Shown: piece after piece, positions 29,042 through 39,302 of the stretch
How positions within the stretch are numbered: the stretch's first letter is position 1
Layout of the letters: every line of letters starts with the position of its first letter
Translations under genes and position numbers: made by a program
Notes under the pieces: generated by a model
Databases searched by the model: none
What the model was told of the DNA's origin: nothing
The model's input: only the letters and a program-made list of their open reading frames with translations
Assembly (NCBI GenBank): GCA_963841905.1
Contig: CAWJEM010000022.1
Coordinates: 92,835-156,834, forward strand
Direction of reading: 5' to 3'
DNA: 64,000 bases
Origin: an uncultured Acidobacteriota bacterium
GTDB taxonomy: Bacteria > Acidobacteriota > Vicinamibacteria > Vicinamibacterales > UBA2999

Positions 29042-30202
29042 ATGTCGCTGTCGCGACGTCGATTCGTTCAAACTGTGGGCGCGGGCGCTGCCGGGTTCTG
29101 GGTGGCGGGCCGCGGTCGCGAAGCCGGTCTCTTCGACCTGGGCTTCGACGCGCTGCACGCGCAGACCAGCTCGCCGATCATCCTGGCGAGCAACGAGAAC
29201 CCGCTCGGCCCCGGCCGGGCGGTGCTCGACGCCGTGCGCGCCGGATTCGGTGAGCTCGGCCGGTATCAGTTCGCCACGGCCGCCGAAGTCACCGAGCTCG
29301 TGGCCAAGAAGCACGGCATCAAGCCGGAAAACGTTTTGCTTGGCTCGGGCTCGACCCAGATCCTCCGCAGCACGACCCACGTGTTCTGCTCCAAGACCGC
29401 ACCGCTCATCGCGCCGATTCCGGCCTACGAAGAGTGTGCGGGGTATGCGGCGCTCATGGGCTATCCGGTCCGCACCGTGAAGCTCACCCCGCCGCCCGAG
29501 CTCAAGATGGATGTGGCCGCCATTCTCGACGCCGCCAAGGGCGGCGGAATGGTGTTCGCCTGCAACCCGAACAACCCGGTCGCCACGGCCGTCGATGGCA
29601 AGACGTCCCGGGACTTCATCGCCGCGCTCGCCAAGGTCTCGCCGAACACGACCACGCTCGTCGACGAAGCCTACTTCGAATACGCGACGATGCCTGGTTA
29701 CGAGACGATGATCCCGCTGGCGGTCGAGAACCCGCGCGTGGTCGTCGCCCGCACGTTCTCCAAGGCTTTCGGTATGGCCGGCTTGCGCATTGGCTACGCC
29801 ATCGGCCATCGCGACTCAATCGCGAAGCTCCGTGCGTGGGATGCCGACGGCGCCATCAACGTCCTCGGGCTCAGCGCGGCTCGTGCCGCGTTGACTCAGG
29901 ATCCCAACATCCTGAAGAACGAGAGCAAGCGCAACACCGAGGCTCGTGCGTTTACCGCCAAGTGGTTCAAGGATCACGGCTACACGCCGACCGATTCGCA
30001 GACCAACTTCCTGTTCGTGGACATCAAGCGTCCGGCGCGCGGCTTCCGTGAAGCCTGTGCCAAGCAGGGCATCCTCGTGGGCCGCGACTTCCCGCCCTAC
30101 GAGAAGACGCACTGCCGCATCTCCATCAGCACGATGGAGGACATGCAGAAGGCCGTGAAGGTGTTCGAAGCTGCGCTCGCCGTCCCCGCGCAGGCGGCGT
30201 AG
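29042..30202 (+). CDS. HisC-like class-II PLP aminotransferase with a twin-arginine signal (paralogue of the upstream gene)
   Basis: MSLSRRRFVQTVGAGAAGFWVAG...ILASNENPLGPG...FACNPNNPVAT...LVDEAYFEY...RTFSKAFGMAGLRIGYA. ATG 29042 sits behind AAGGAGGA; the track ORF starts at 29024. Confidence 0.85.
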   Translation: MSLSRRRFVQTVGAGAAGFWVAGRGREAGLFDLGFDALHAQTSSPIILASNENPLGPGRAVLDAVRAGFGELGRYQFATAAEVTELVAKKHGIKPENVLLGSGSTQILRSTTHVFCSKTAPLIAPIPAYEECAGYAALMGYPVRTVKLTPPPELKMDVAAILDAAKGGGMVFACNPNNPVATAVDGKTSRDFIAALAKVSPNTTTLVDEAYFEYATMPGYETMIPLAVENPRVVVARTFSKAFGMAGLRIGYAIGHRDSIAKLRAWDADGAINVLGLSAARAALTQDPNILKNESKRNTEARAFTAKWFKDHGYTPTDSQTNFLFVDIKRPARGFREACAKQGILVGRDFPPYEKTHCRISISTMEDMQKAVKVFEAALAVPAQAA

Positions 30203-30218
30203 ACGACGAACGGTGTTA

Positions 30219-30261
30219 GAAACGGGCCTCAGCCTCATGACAAGCGGCTGAGGCCCGTTTC
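30219..30261 (+). terminator. Intrinsic terminator-like hairpin (16-bp perfect stem) followed by GTTT
   Basis: gaaacgggcctcagcc-tcatgacaagc-ggctgaggcccgtttc gttt, 17 nt after the aminotransferase stop. Confidence 0.75.
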
Positions 30262-30270
30262 GTTTAGGTG

Positions 30271-30366
30271 AGGCCCACGGCCTACGGTCCACGGTCGACG
30301 GCCCACGGTGCTGGCGAGGTTCGCTGAGGCTCTTCCGTGGACCGTGGACTGTGGACCGTGGACCTC
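30271..30366. repeat. Heptamer array hairpin of the GGTCCAC/GGCCCAC family
   Basis: ggcccac ggcctac ggtccac ggtcgac ggcccac ggtg ... ccgtgga ccgtgga ctgtgga ccgtgga cc. Confidence 0.9.
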
Positions 30367-30390
30367 AACTCTCTGGTGCAGGAGTCGCAA

Positions 30391-31362
<972 letters not shown>

Positions 31363-31367
31363 CTACG

Positions 31368-32693
31368 ATGTCATCCACCACTCTGACCCGAGCCATCGGT
31401 CTCCCTCAGGCCACCGCGATCGTCGTCGGCATCATCATCGGTGCCTCGGTCTTCGTGCAGGCGTCCGAGATCACGGCGCGCGTGCCGTCGTTGTGGGGCG
31501 TCACGCTGGCGTGGGTCACCGCGGGACTGCTGACGATGGGCGGGGCGCTCGTCTGTGCTGAGCTGTCATCGGCGATGCCACGAACCGGCGGCGTCTATGT
31601 GTTCCTGAAAGAGGCGTTTTCGCCGGCGCTCGGCTTCCTGTGGGGCTGGGCGATGTTCTGGAGCATGCACACCGGCATCGCAGCGGCGATCGCCACGGTG
31701 TTTGCGCGCTACGCCGGCTACTTCGTGCCGATGGGCGATGCCGCGCTGCGAGCGACGGCGGCGGGAGCGATCGTCGTCCTCTCGGTTGTCAACTATCTCG
31801 GTGTCCGGTTCGGCAGCGGAGTGCAGACGGCCTTCACGATCGTGAAAGTCGTTGCGGTGGCGGCCATCATCGCTGCCGGAGCGCTCCTTGATCCCGCCGG
31901 GACATCGCCGGTTGGCGCGGCTGCGGGGCCGCCCGACTACGGCGGCGGTGACTTCCTGCTTGCGGTTGGCGCCGGGCTGTTTGCCTTTGGCGGTTGGCAC
32001 ATGGTCACCTACACCGCCGAAGAGACCAAGGATCCAGAACGTACGATTCCCAGGTCTCTGGTGTACGGCACCATCATCGTGACGCTCTGCTATGTCGGAT
32101 TGAATATCGTTTATCTGTCGGTGCTGTCGATTGAGCGCGTGATCGCGTCCTCGCGCGTGGCCGCGGATACGTTCGAGGCGCTCGTGGGTCCCGTCGGTGG
32201 GAGCCTGGTGTCGGGACTGGTCATGTTCTCGGCGTTCGGGGCGCTGAACGGCGTCATCCTGGCCGGCCCGCGCGTCTACTACTCGATGGCGCAGGATGGC
32301 CTGCTGTTCAAGTGGGCGGCGGCGATTCACCCGACGTATCGAACACCTGGCCGCGCCATCCTGTTGCAAGGGTTGTGGGCGGTGGTCCTCGTCTTGACCG
32401 GCACTTATCGCGAGCTGTTCACACGGGTGATCTACACCGAGTGGATCTTCTTCGGCATGCTCGCACTCGGGGTCGTGGCCCTGCGCCGGCGGGCCGATTA
32501 CCGGCCGGCATGGCGGATGCCGGGAGTTCCCGTCATTCCCATCGTGTTTGCGTTGGTCTCGTTCGCAATTGCCGCGAACCAGATCCGCGTTGATCCGATC
32601 AACAGTGCCATCGGGCTGGTCCTGGTGATAATCGGGCTGCCGGTCTATTGGTGGTGGGTACGCGCGCGCCGCGTACCGCTTGGAGTGGCGTGA
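31368..32693 (+). CDS. APC-superfamily amino acid permease
   Basis: 441 aa, 12 TM. IVVGIIIGASVFVQ...CAELSSAMPRTGGVYVFLKEAF...GGWHMVTYTAEETKDPERTIPRSL. Confidence 0.9.
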   Translation: MSSTTLTRAIGLPQATAIVVGIIIGASVFVQASEITARVPSLWGVTLAWVTAGLLTMGGALVCAELSSAMPRTGGVYVFLKEAFSPALGFLWGWAMFWSMHTGIAAAIATVFARYAGYFVPMGDAALRATAAGAIVVLSVVNYLGVRFGSGVQTAFTIVKVVAVAAIIAAGALLDPAGTSPVGAAAGPPDYGGGDFLLAVGAGLFAFGGWHMVTYTAEETKDPERTIPRSLVYGTIIVTLCYVGLNIVYLSVLSIERVIASSRVAADTFEALVGPVGGSLVSGLVMFSAFGALNGVILAGPRVYYSMAQDGLLFKWAAAIHPTYRTPGRAILLQGLWAVVLVLTGTYRELFTRVIYTEWIFFGMLALGVVALRRRADYRPAWRMPGVPVIPIVFALVSFAIAANQIRVDPINSAIGLVLVIIGLPVYWWWVRARRVPLGVA

Positions 32694-32723
32694 CAAGGTC
32701 CGGCGACTGGCAGGGAGGTTCGA

Positions 32724-33068
32724 GTGAGACACGAGACCGCCGAACAGGCCATTCTGGCGCAGGAGCGCCGTGCGCTGGACCAATGGTCACAGGGCAAACC
32801 ACTGGGGTATGTAGCGAACGTCGCCGAGGATGTCACGTACTTCGACGACATTGGCGCGCACTCGCGAGTCGTCGGTCGTGAAGCCGTCACGACCTACTTC
32901 GCTTCACTCCAAGGAAAGATCGGAATCCTGACCCTGCACTATCTCACGTTCGCGCCAGACGGATCTCCGCTGACGCCGTGGAAAGCCACGCTGGTCTATC
33001 GTTTGATTGCCGGAGAGTGGCGCACGGTCCACGCGCACTGGTCGATTCTCAGGCAGCCCTCGCCATGA
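32724..33068 (+). CDS. NTF2-like / DUF4440 (SnoaL-like) small protein
   Basis: 114 aa. ERRALDQWSQGKPLGYVANVAEDVTYFDD...WKATLVYRLIAGEWRTVHAHWS. GTG start behind AGGGAGG. ATGA overlap with the next gene. Confidence 0.6.
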   Translation: MRHETAEQAILAQERRALDQWSQGKPLGYVANVAEDVTYFDDIGAHSRVVGREAVTTYFASLQGKIGILTLHYLTFAPDGSPLTPWKATLVYRLIAGEWRTVHAHWSILRQPSP

Positions 33069-34502
33069 CCCGCTCGCGCGTGCAGCTGTGTCGACTTGGA
33101 GCGTTGCTCGTGGCCACGCTTCTGTGCCTGCCGACCTCGGCGCAGGGGCAACCGCAGGCCTCACTTGCCGATCGCGCACTTGCGCGCGACATCTTCCGCG
33201 AGCTAGTCGCGATCGATACGTCGGAGCCCAACGGCAACCCGCGCGCGGCATCCGAGGTGCTGGCGAAGCGACTCGCCGCGTCGGGCTTCACGCCAGAAGA
33301 GGTTCAGATCGTCGGCGCCGCGCCGCGACTTGGTAACCTGGTCGTCCGGCTTCGTTCGACGTCGAAGCCCGACTCGACCGCGACTGCAGGTGCCAACGGG
33401 CCAGGTACTCTTGATGGCGCATCTCGACGTGGTACCTGCACGTCGCGATGACTGGTCCATCGAGCCCTTTGTACTCAGTGAAAAGGACGGCTACTTCTAC
33501 GGCCGTGGCACACACGACAACAAGGCGGGCGCGGCCATCTTGATCGCGAACCTGATTCGGCTGAAGCGCGACGGACTTGCGCCACGCCGCGACATCATCG
33601 TGGCCCTGACCACAGACGAGGAGACGACCGGGAATGCGATTCGCTGGCTCCTGGCCAATAACGCCGACGTCAAGCGAGCGACGCTCGCGCTCAACAGCGA
33701 CGGCGGTGACGGCATCCTGCGCGGCGAGCGACGGGTTGTGTTGGGCGTTCAGGCGAGCGAAAAAGTGTATCTGAGCTACCAGCTCGAGGTTCGCAACCCA
33801 GGCGGGCACAGTTCGGTCCCGCGTTCTGACAACGCCATCTATCAGCTCGCCAATGCGTTGAGCCGGCTGTCGAAACACCAGTTTCCATTGCGGCTGAACG
33901 AGGTCACACGCGCCTATCTGGCCCGCACCAGCGAGCTTGGCGGACCTGATGCCGCCGACATGCGACGCGCTGCATCGACTCCTCCCGATCGACTGGCGGT
34001 CGAACGGCTGGCGCAGAATCCGTCGTACGCCTCGAGCATGCGGACTACATGTGTGGCCACGACCCTGGAAGCGGGTCATGCGGAGAATGCCTTGCCGCAG
34101 ACCGCACGTGCGGTCATCAACTGTCGCATCCTGCCAGACGAAGATCCCAATGACATCGATCGCATCCTCGAAAAGGTCGTTGGTGACCGGGAAGTGACGA
34201 TTCGCCGTCTCGGCGAGCCGACGCCGAGCCCGCCGTCGCCATTGACCAAAGAAGTAATGGGCGCGATCGAGAGCGTGGCCGGGCGGCATTTCGAGGGAGC
34301 TCGCGTGATTCCAGAGATGTCGGCTGGCGCGACCGATGGGCTTTATGTGCGCAACGCAGGCATCCCGGTGTACGGCGTCTCCGCGATCTTCTCGGATCCT
34401 GACGACGTCCGGGCGCACGGCCGCGACGAACGCGTCCCAGTGCGCAGCTTCTATGATGCGCTCGACTTTTGGTACGATCTGGTGCGCGCCTTTGCCCAGT
34501 GA
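33065..34502 (+). pseudogene. Secreted M20 family metallopeptidase, frame broken near 33365-33405
   Basis: ORF 32978..33451 from ATG 33065 gives MTRSRVQLCRLGALLVATLLCLPTSAQG...FRELVAIDTSEPNGNPRAASEVLAKRLAASGFTPEEVQIVGAAPRLGNLVVRLRS. ORF 33330..34502 gives VLLMAHLDVVPARRDDWSIEPF...GYFYGRGTHDNKAGAAILIANL...TTDEETTG. Confidence 0.8.
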
Positions 34503-34540
34503 CGAGCGAGGGCTCCGCCTCGCTCGTCGACTATTTTGTT
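34501..34540 (+). terminator. Intrinsic terminator: 11-bp stem plus T-rich tail
   Basis: gacgagcgagg-gctccg-cctcgctcgtc followed by gactattttgttt. It starts at the M20 stop codon. Confidence 0.75.
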
Positions 34541-34640
34541 TGCCCCGCCTCCGCCACCCCGTCACGCAGAAAACGCGTGGCGGGGGCCCCGGGGTCCCCA
34601 CCGCGCGGACTTTGCGCGGTGGGGTGGTTCCGGCGGGGCA
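34541..34640. other. GC-rich nested-hairpin element (possible structured RNA or repeat)
   Basis: The outer pair tgccccgcc (34541-49) / ggcggggca (34632-40) encloses ccgccac...gtggcgg, ggggcccc and ccaccgcgc-ggacttt-gcgcggtgg. Confidence 0.5.
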
Positions 34641-34661
34641 GTCGCCTTGACGGAGCAAAAT

Positions 34662-35342
34662 GTGACTCATATATCTAGATATGAGGCCGTCAAGGCTTCT
34701 AAAGCCATTCTTGCAGCGGCAATCGGTACGGCGGTCGCCATCTACGCTGTCCTCTCGTGGCGTGCGCAGGACCATATCTCGCACGCCGGGTTCTGGTTCG
34801 AGGACGTCTCGTTCGAGTCGCCACATTTCGTCACGGCAGGGTACGGCGAACCGCTGACTGAGTCGGAAGCGAAGCTCATTCAAGAGGTGGCATGGTGGGA
34901 GGTCCGAGCGGCCTTCGCGGGTCTTCGGATTCGCTTCTCAGAGGATCGCGAAGCCTTCTACCGCGTGCGCGTGGTCCAGGAATTCGGGCCTGGCATCAGA
35001 GGCGCTGCAGGGGCGACCCGAGTGCTGCCGCCCCTCGGTGGCAACGGCTCGGTCAACTTTCTCATGCTGGCCAGCCAGGCCGTGTCGCACGCGCCGGACG
35101 GAGCCGATCGCGCCACCGTGGTACAAGCGATCGGGAGAGGTGTCGGACGGGCTGCAGTCCACGAGTTCTTGCATCAGCTGCTGCCGCGGCTGAACATTCA
35201 CGAGAGCAAGGACGACCGCAGTTACGAGTTTGCGTACTCGTCGCGGCCGGCGCAGTACGATGGAGACATGCGCTGGGACATTGCCAGACCGGCGCTGGTG
35301 GAGAGATTCGGAGATGTGCAGAAACATCAAGACGCTCGCTAA
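34662..35342 (+). CDS. Hypothetical membrane-anchored protein with an HExxH motif
   Basis: Track ORF 34536..35342, but its first 40 codons lie in the structured repeat. GTG 34662 gives VTHISRYEAVKASKAILAAAIGTAVAIYAVL (TM)...AAVHEFLHQLLP. I recognised no family. Confidence 0.4.
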   Translation: MTHISRYEAVKASKAILAAAIGTAVAIYAVLSWRAQDHISHAGFWFEDVSFESPHFVTAGYGEPLTESEAKLIQEVAWWEVRAAFAGLRIRFSEDREAFYRVRVVQEFGPGIRGAAGATRVLPPLGGNGSVNFLMLASQAVSHAPDGADRATVVQAIGRGVGRAAVHEFLHQLLPRLNIHESKDDRSYEFAYSSRPAQYDGDMRWDIARPALVERFGDVQKHQDAR

Positions 35343-35580
35343 CTTCGCCCCGCCCGCGACTGACGATGAGATTCGGGCGTCGGCACTGCAGTTCGTGCGG
35401 AAGCTGAGCGGGACCTCGAGGCCATCGCGGGCTAATGAGGATGTGTTCAACCGCGCTGTCGATGAGGTCACGTCAGCCGCGCAACGACTGATCCACTCGT
35501 TGACGACCAGCGCCGCGCCCCGCAATCGCGAAGAGGAAGTGCGAAAGGCGCGTGAGCGTTCGGAACGTCGTTTCGCCTGA
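35314..35580 (+). CDS. DUF2277 family protein
   Basis: MCRNIKTLANFAPPATDDEIRASALQFVRKLSGTSRPSRANEDVFNRAV matches the conserved DUF2277 N-terminus; this is an internal ATG of track ORF 35230..35580. Confidence 0.7.
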   Translation: MCRNIKTLANFAPPATDDEIRASALQFVRKLSGTSRPSRANEDVFNRAVDEVTSAAQRLIHSLTTSAAPRNREEEVRKARERSERRFA

Positions 35581-36133
35581 ATCGGTGGCCGCGCCCCATC
35601 TGGCCACGCGGCGGACCACCTTGCGGCCTCTCACCGCTGACGACCTGGCGGCGACGCACGCGCTCTGGACCGATCCGGGTGTCCGAAAATACCTGTGGGA
35701 CGACGTCGTCATCCATGAGGACCAGGCGGCCGAAGTCATCGCAGCCAGCGAACGTCACTTTCAGCAGTTTGGATACGGGTTGTGGGCGGTATCGGAGCGC
35801 ACAGGTGATCCTCGGCTCATGGGGGTTTGCGGGTTTCGTCCGTCCGAAGCCAAGGAGCCGGAGCTCCTGTTCGGGTTCTGGCCGCGATACTGGAAGCAGG
35901 GGCTTGCCAACGAGTCTGCGTGTGCGCTGCTGGCTTACGTATTCGAGATCCTCCAGTGTTCCTCGGTCGTCGCCGCCACTGACGTTCCGAACGACTCATC
36001 GATTCGAGCGTTGAGACGATTGGGAATGACGCTCGAGCGACGGGGCGTGTTGAACGGTTTGGACACACTCTTCTTCCGGCTTTCCCGCGAGGAGTTCGCT
36101 GCGTCGACGGGTGCGAGCGAACCGGCGTGCTAG
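35552..36133 (+). CDS. GNAT family N-acetyltransferase (RimJ/RimL-like)
   Basis: LRPLTADDLAATHALWTDPGVRKYLWDD...GYGLWAV...MGVCGF...LFGFWPRYWKQGLANESACALLAYVFE...ATDVPNDSSIRALRRLGM. The start may be GTG 35585 rather than 35552. Confidence 0.8.
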   Translation: MSVRNVVSPESVAAPHLATRRTTLRPLTADDLAATHALWTDPGVRKYLWDDVVIHEDQAAEVIAASERHFQQFGYGLWAVSERTGDPRLMGVCGFRPSEAKEPELLFGFWPRYWKQGLANESACALLAYVFEILQCSSVVAATDVPNDSSIRALRRLGMTLERRGVLNGLDTLFFRLSREEFAASTGASEPAC

Positions 36134-36145
36134 CATGGCCGCGAG

Positions 36146-36208
36146 CTGACCACTGATCACGGACCACGGACCACGGATCACGGATCACTGATCACGTGAT
36201 CACTGACC
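36146..36208. repeat. GATCACG/GACCACG heptamer array ending in the palindrome TGATCACGTGATCA
   Basis: ctgaccactgatcac ggaccac ggaccac ggatcac ggatcac tgatcac gtgatcac tgacc, 13 nt after the GNAT stop. Confidence 0.85.
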
Positions 36209-36419
36209 TTCATGAACACACTCGCGCGCACGGCGGCACCCGACTATCGTGCCTCGATGGCATCGCCCACGACCGCCGAGCAAACGATCGCCCGCTTTCG
36301 GGACAAGCCGCTCGACTTCGTCCACCAAGCGCTAGCGAGGCTCCGCCTCGGACCGTCAAGCATGTGCGATGCGGCTCCGCCTCGCTAGGGCAGTGTTTGC
36401 TTGCCCGCCTCCGGCGGGC

Positions 36420-36485
36420 AGACGTCTTGAAGGCAGTGCGGAGAAGCTTGACTCGTTTGCACGGGTTATGGTCTTCAAGACGTCT
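36420..36485. promoter_or_regulatory. 13-bp perfect inverted repeat AGACGTCTTGAAG-N40-CTTCAAGACGTCT upstream of the amidase gene
   Basis: Arms at 36420-36432 and 36473-36485; the amidase ATG is at 36527. Confidence 0.4.
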
Positions 36486-36526
36486 AGAACGTCAGTGGGC
36501 GTGTGCTTCACGTAAGATAGGGCGCG

Positions 36527-38242
36527 ATGATTCGCGCCCTCGTAGTGAGCGGCCTGGCGCTTGGGTTCCTCTCCCTTCACGCCAGCGGCCGGAGCCAGCC
36601 TTCGCCTAACGGCAGCTTCTCGGTCGTCGAGGCGACGATTCCCCAGATGGCGGCGGCGATGGCCGAAAAGCGAGTCACCTCGCGCGAGATCGTTCGCCAG
36701 TACCTCGTCCGGCTCGCCATCTACGAGGATCGCCTGAACGCGGCGCTGGCGGTCAACCCGCGCGCGCTCGAGGAGGCCGACGCGCTCGATCGCGAGCGAG
36801 CCGCCGGCAAGGTCCGTGGGCCACTGCACGGCATTCCCGTGGCGCTCAAAGACAACATTCACACCACGCATCTTCCGACCACCGGGGGAGCCCTCGCGTT
36901 TGTGGGATATGTGCCGCCATATGAGGCGACGCTGACGAAGAATCTTCGCGAGGCCGGCGCGATCATCATCGCGAAGGCGGGACTGACCGAGCTGGCGAAC
37001 TGGGTTGCCGGGGCGCCCAACCCAATGCCTGGCAACTACAACGCCGTCGGCGGGTTCGCGTTCAATCCGTACGACCCGCGTATGGACCCTCGAGAAGCGT
37101 CGTTCGATGGCCGTCCCGCGCTCGCGACCGGCGGCTCCAGCTCTGGTATCGGGACCGCGGCCAACCTGTGGGCGGCAAGCGTTGGGTCGGACACGGGCGG
37201 CTCTGTGATCAGCCCCTCGAACGCCAACATGCTGGTCGGCATTCGTCCGACCATCGGACGCATCAGCCGTTACGGGGTCATCCCGATCACCGCCGATCAC
37301 GATACGGCGGGCCCGATGACGCGCACCGTCACCGACGCGGCGGTGCTGTTCGGGGCGCTCGAGGGCGCGACCGCCGATCCCAACGATCCCGCGACCAAAA
37401 CGTGCACGCCGCCGCCCGCCCGCGACTATACGAAGTTTCTGAACACGAGTGGCCTGAAGGGCGCGCGCATCGGGATTCCACGAGCGTTTTACTACGAGCG
37501 GATCACGGTGGCGGGCGAGGAGCGCCCGCGCGGTGGTCTCAATGCCGAACAGGCCAAGCTCATGGCCGACGCCATTGCCGTCCTCAAGCAGCACGGTGCG
37601 GTCCTGGTCGATCCGGCCGACGTGCCGAGCTTCGTCGAGAAGGATCCGGCGTCGAACTTTCTGCGCTGGGATTACTGTTCCGGCGGCGATCAAGCCAAAG
37701 GGATGGATGCCGGGTGTTCGGTTGCCTTCAAGTACGGCATGAAGCGTGACTTCGACAAATGGCTTTCAAGCCTTGGGCCTTCAGCGCCCGTAAAAACGTT
37801 GACCGAGCTTCGCCAGTGGAACCTGACGCACACAAAGGCTGGCGCGATTCGCTTCGGGCAGTCGCGTCTCGACATTTCTGACGAGATGAATGTCGACACT
37901 GACAAGGCGCGGTTCGACGCGGACCACGTCAAGGACTGGAAGCTCAGTCGCGAACGGGGCATCGACGGGGTCATCGACGCGCACAAGCTCGATGCCCTTC
38001 TGACGCCAGGCGGTTCGGGTGCCGGGCTCGCGGCCCGAGCCGGCTATCCGATCATCGTGGTGCCGTTGGGGTTGGTGCCGAACGCACCAACGCCTGCCTT
38101 TCCGGCCGGTTTCGACGCCAAGCCCGCGCCCTATGGCGTCGGCTTCACCGGCAAGGCCTGCAGCGAGCCGCGCCTGATCGAACTCGCCTATGCCTTCGAG
38201 CAGGCGACGAAACGGCGCGTGCCGCCGCCGCTGATGCCCTGA
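36527..38242 (+). CDS. Secreted amidase (amidase-signature family)
   Basis: Signal MIRALVVSGLALGFLSLHA. GPLHGIPVALKDNIHT...GGSSSGIGTAANLWAASVGSDTGGSVISPS. Confidence 0.9.
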   Translation: MIRALVVSGLALGFLSLHASGRSQPSPNGSFSVVEATIPQMAAAMAEKRVTSREIVRQYLVRLAIYEDRLNAALAVNPRALEEADALDRERAAGKVRGPLHGIPVALKDNIHTTHLPTTGGALAFVGYVPPYEATLTKNLREAGAIIIAKAGLTELANWVAGAPNPMPGNYNAVGGFAFNPYDPRMDPREASFDGRPALATGGSSSGIGTAANLWAASVGSDTGGSVISPSNANMLVGIRPTIGRISRYGVIPITADHDTAGPMTRTVTDAAVLFGALEGATADPNDPATKTCTPPPARDYTKFLNTSGLKGARIGIPRAFYYERITVAGEERPRGGLNAEQAKLMADAIAVLKQHGAVLVDPADVPSFVEKDPASNFLRWDYCSGGDQAKGMDAGCSVAFKYGMKRDFDKWLSSLGPSAPVKTLTELRQWNLTHTKAGAIRFGQSRLDISDEMNVDTDKARFDADHVKDWKLSRERGIDGVIDAHKLDALLTPGGSGAGLAARAGYPIIVVPLGLVPNAPTPAFPAGFDAKPAPYGVGFTGKACSEPRLIELAYAFEQATKRRVPPPLMP

Positions 38243-38266
38243 ACGCGCGCCGTCGCTGCGCACGCC

Positions 38267-39253
38267 TTGCCGCCGCTCATGATCATCGACTTTCACAATC
38301 ATTACTACCCGCCCGAGTATCTCGATGTGGTGAAGAAGGGCGGGGCTCGCGTCAAGGTCGACTACGACGCGCAGCAGAATCCTCGGCTGCACTATCCGGG
38401 CGACTACAACGTCCTGGTGCCGGGTCATCGCGATCTCGACTACCGCGAGGGCGTGCTGCAGGCACATGGAGTCGACAAACAGCTCATTACCTTTACGACA
38501 CCAGGCGTTCATTTCGAGGATGCCGGCGCGGCCGTCACCATGGCGCGCGCCGTCAATGACGCGTATGCCAAAGAGGTTCGGCGCCGCAAGCACTTCGTCG
38601 CGCTGGCGACGCTGCCGCTCAACGACCCGGCCGAGTCGGTGCGCGAACTCGAGCGAGCGATGAAAGGGCTCGGGCTGCCGGGCGCCATGGTGTTCAGTAA
38701 CATCAACGGGACGCCGCTGGCAGATGCAGTCTACGAGCCGTTGTGGAAGAAGGCCAACGAGCTCAACGCCGTGATCTACATTCATCCCGCGCACCCGGCG
38801 AGCGTGCAGGGCATGGAGGACTACTGGCTGACCGCGCTCGTGGGCTTCCTGTTCGATACGACGCTGGCAGCCGCGCACCTCGTGTTTGCCGGCGTTCCGG
38901 AGCGCTATCCGAACATCAAGTGGGCGTTGACCCACATGGGCGGCGCGCTGCCATACTTGGCCGAGCGATCGGACCGAGGTTATGAAGCCTTTGCTGACTG
39001 CCGGCGCAACATCTCGAGGCCGCCGACCGAGTACTTCAAGCAGTTCTACTACGACACGGTGAACTTCAACCCGGACGCGATCGAGTTTGCGATCACGTTT
39101 GCGGGAGCCGATCGCATCCTGGCGGGAAGCGACTACCCCCACCAGATCGGCAGCATCCCCAAGATGCTGGATTCGCTGCAGCGCATCGACGTCACGGATG
39201 AGGAGCGGCGGATGATTCTCGGCGGCAATGCCGCGAGGCTGCTAGGTCTCTAA
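38267..39253 (+). CDS. Amidohydrolase-2 family protein (ACMSD-like metal-dependent hydrolase/decarboxylase)
   Basis: MIIDFHNHYYPPEY...IYIHPAHP...THMGGALPY...AGSDYPHQ. Confidence 0.8.
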   Translation: MPPLMIIDFHNHYYPPEYLDVVKKGGARVKVDYDAQQNPRLHYPGDYNVLVPGHRDLDYREGVLQAHGVDKQLITFTTPGVHFEDAGAAVTMARAVNDAYAKEVRRRKHFVALATLPLNDPAESVRELERAMKGLGLPGAMVFSNINGTPLADAVYEPLWKKANELNAVIYIHPAHPASVQGMEDYWLTALVGFLFDTTLAAAHLVFAGVPERYPNIKWALTHMGGALPYLAERSDRGYEAFADCRRNISRPPTEYFKQFYYDTVNFNPDAIEFAITFAGADRILAGSDYPHQIGSIPKMLDSLQRIDVTDEERRMILGGNAARLLGL

Positions 39254-39302
39254 AGGGATAGACGTACAGGCCTCAGAGACTCAGGGACACAGAGAAGACT
39301 TG

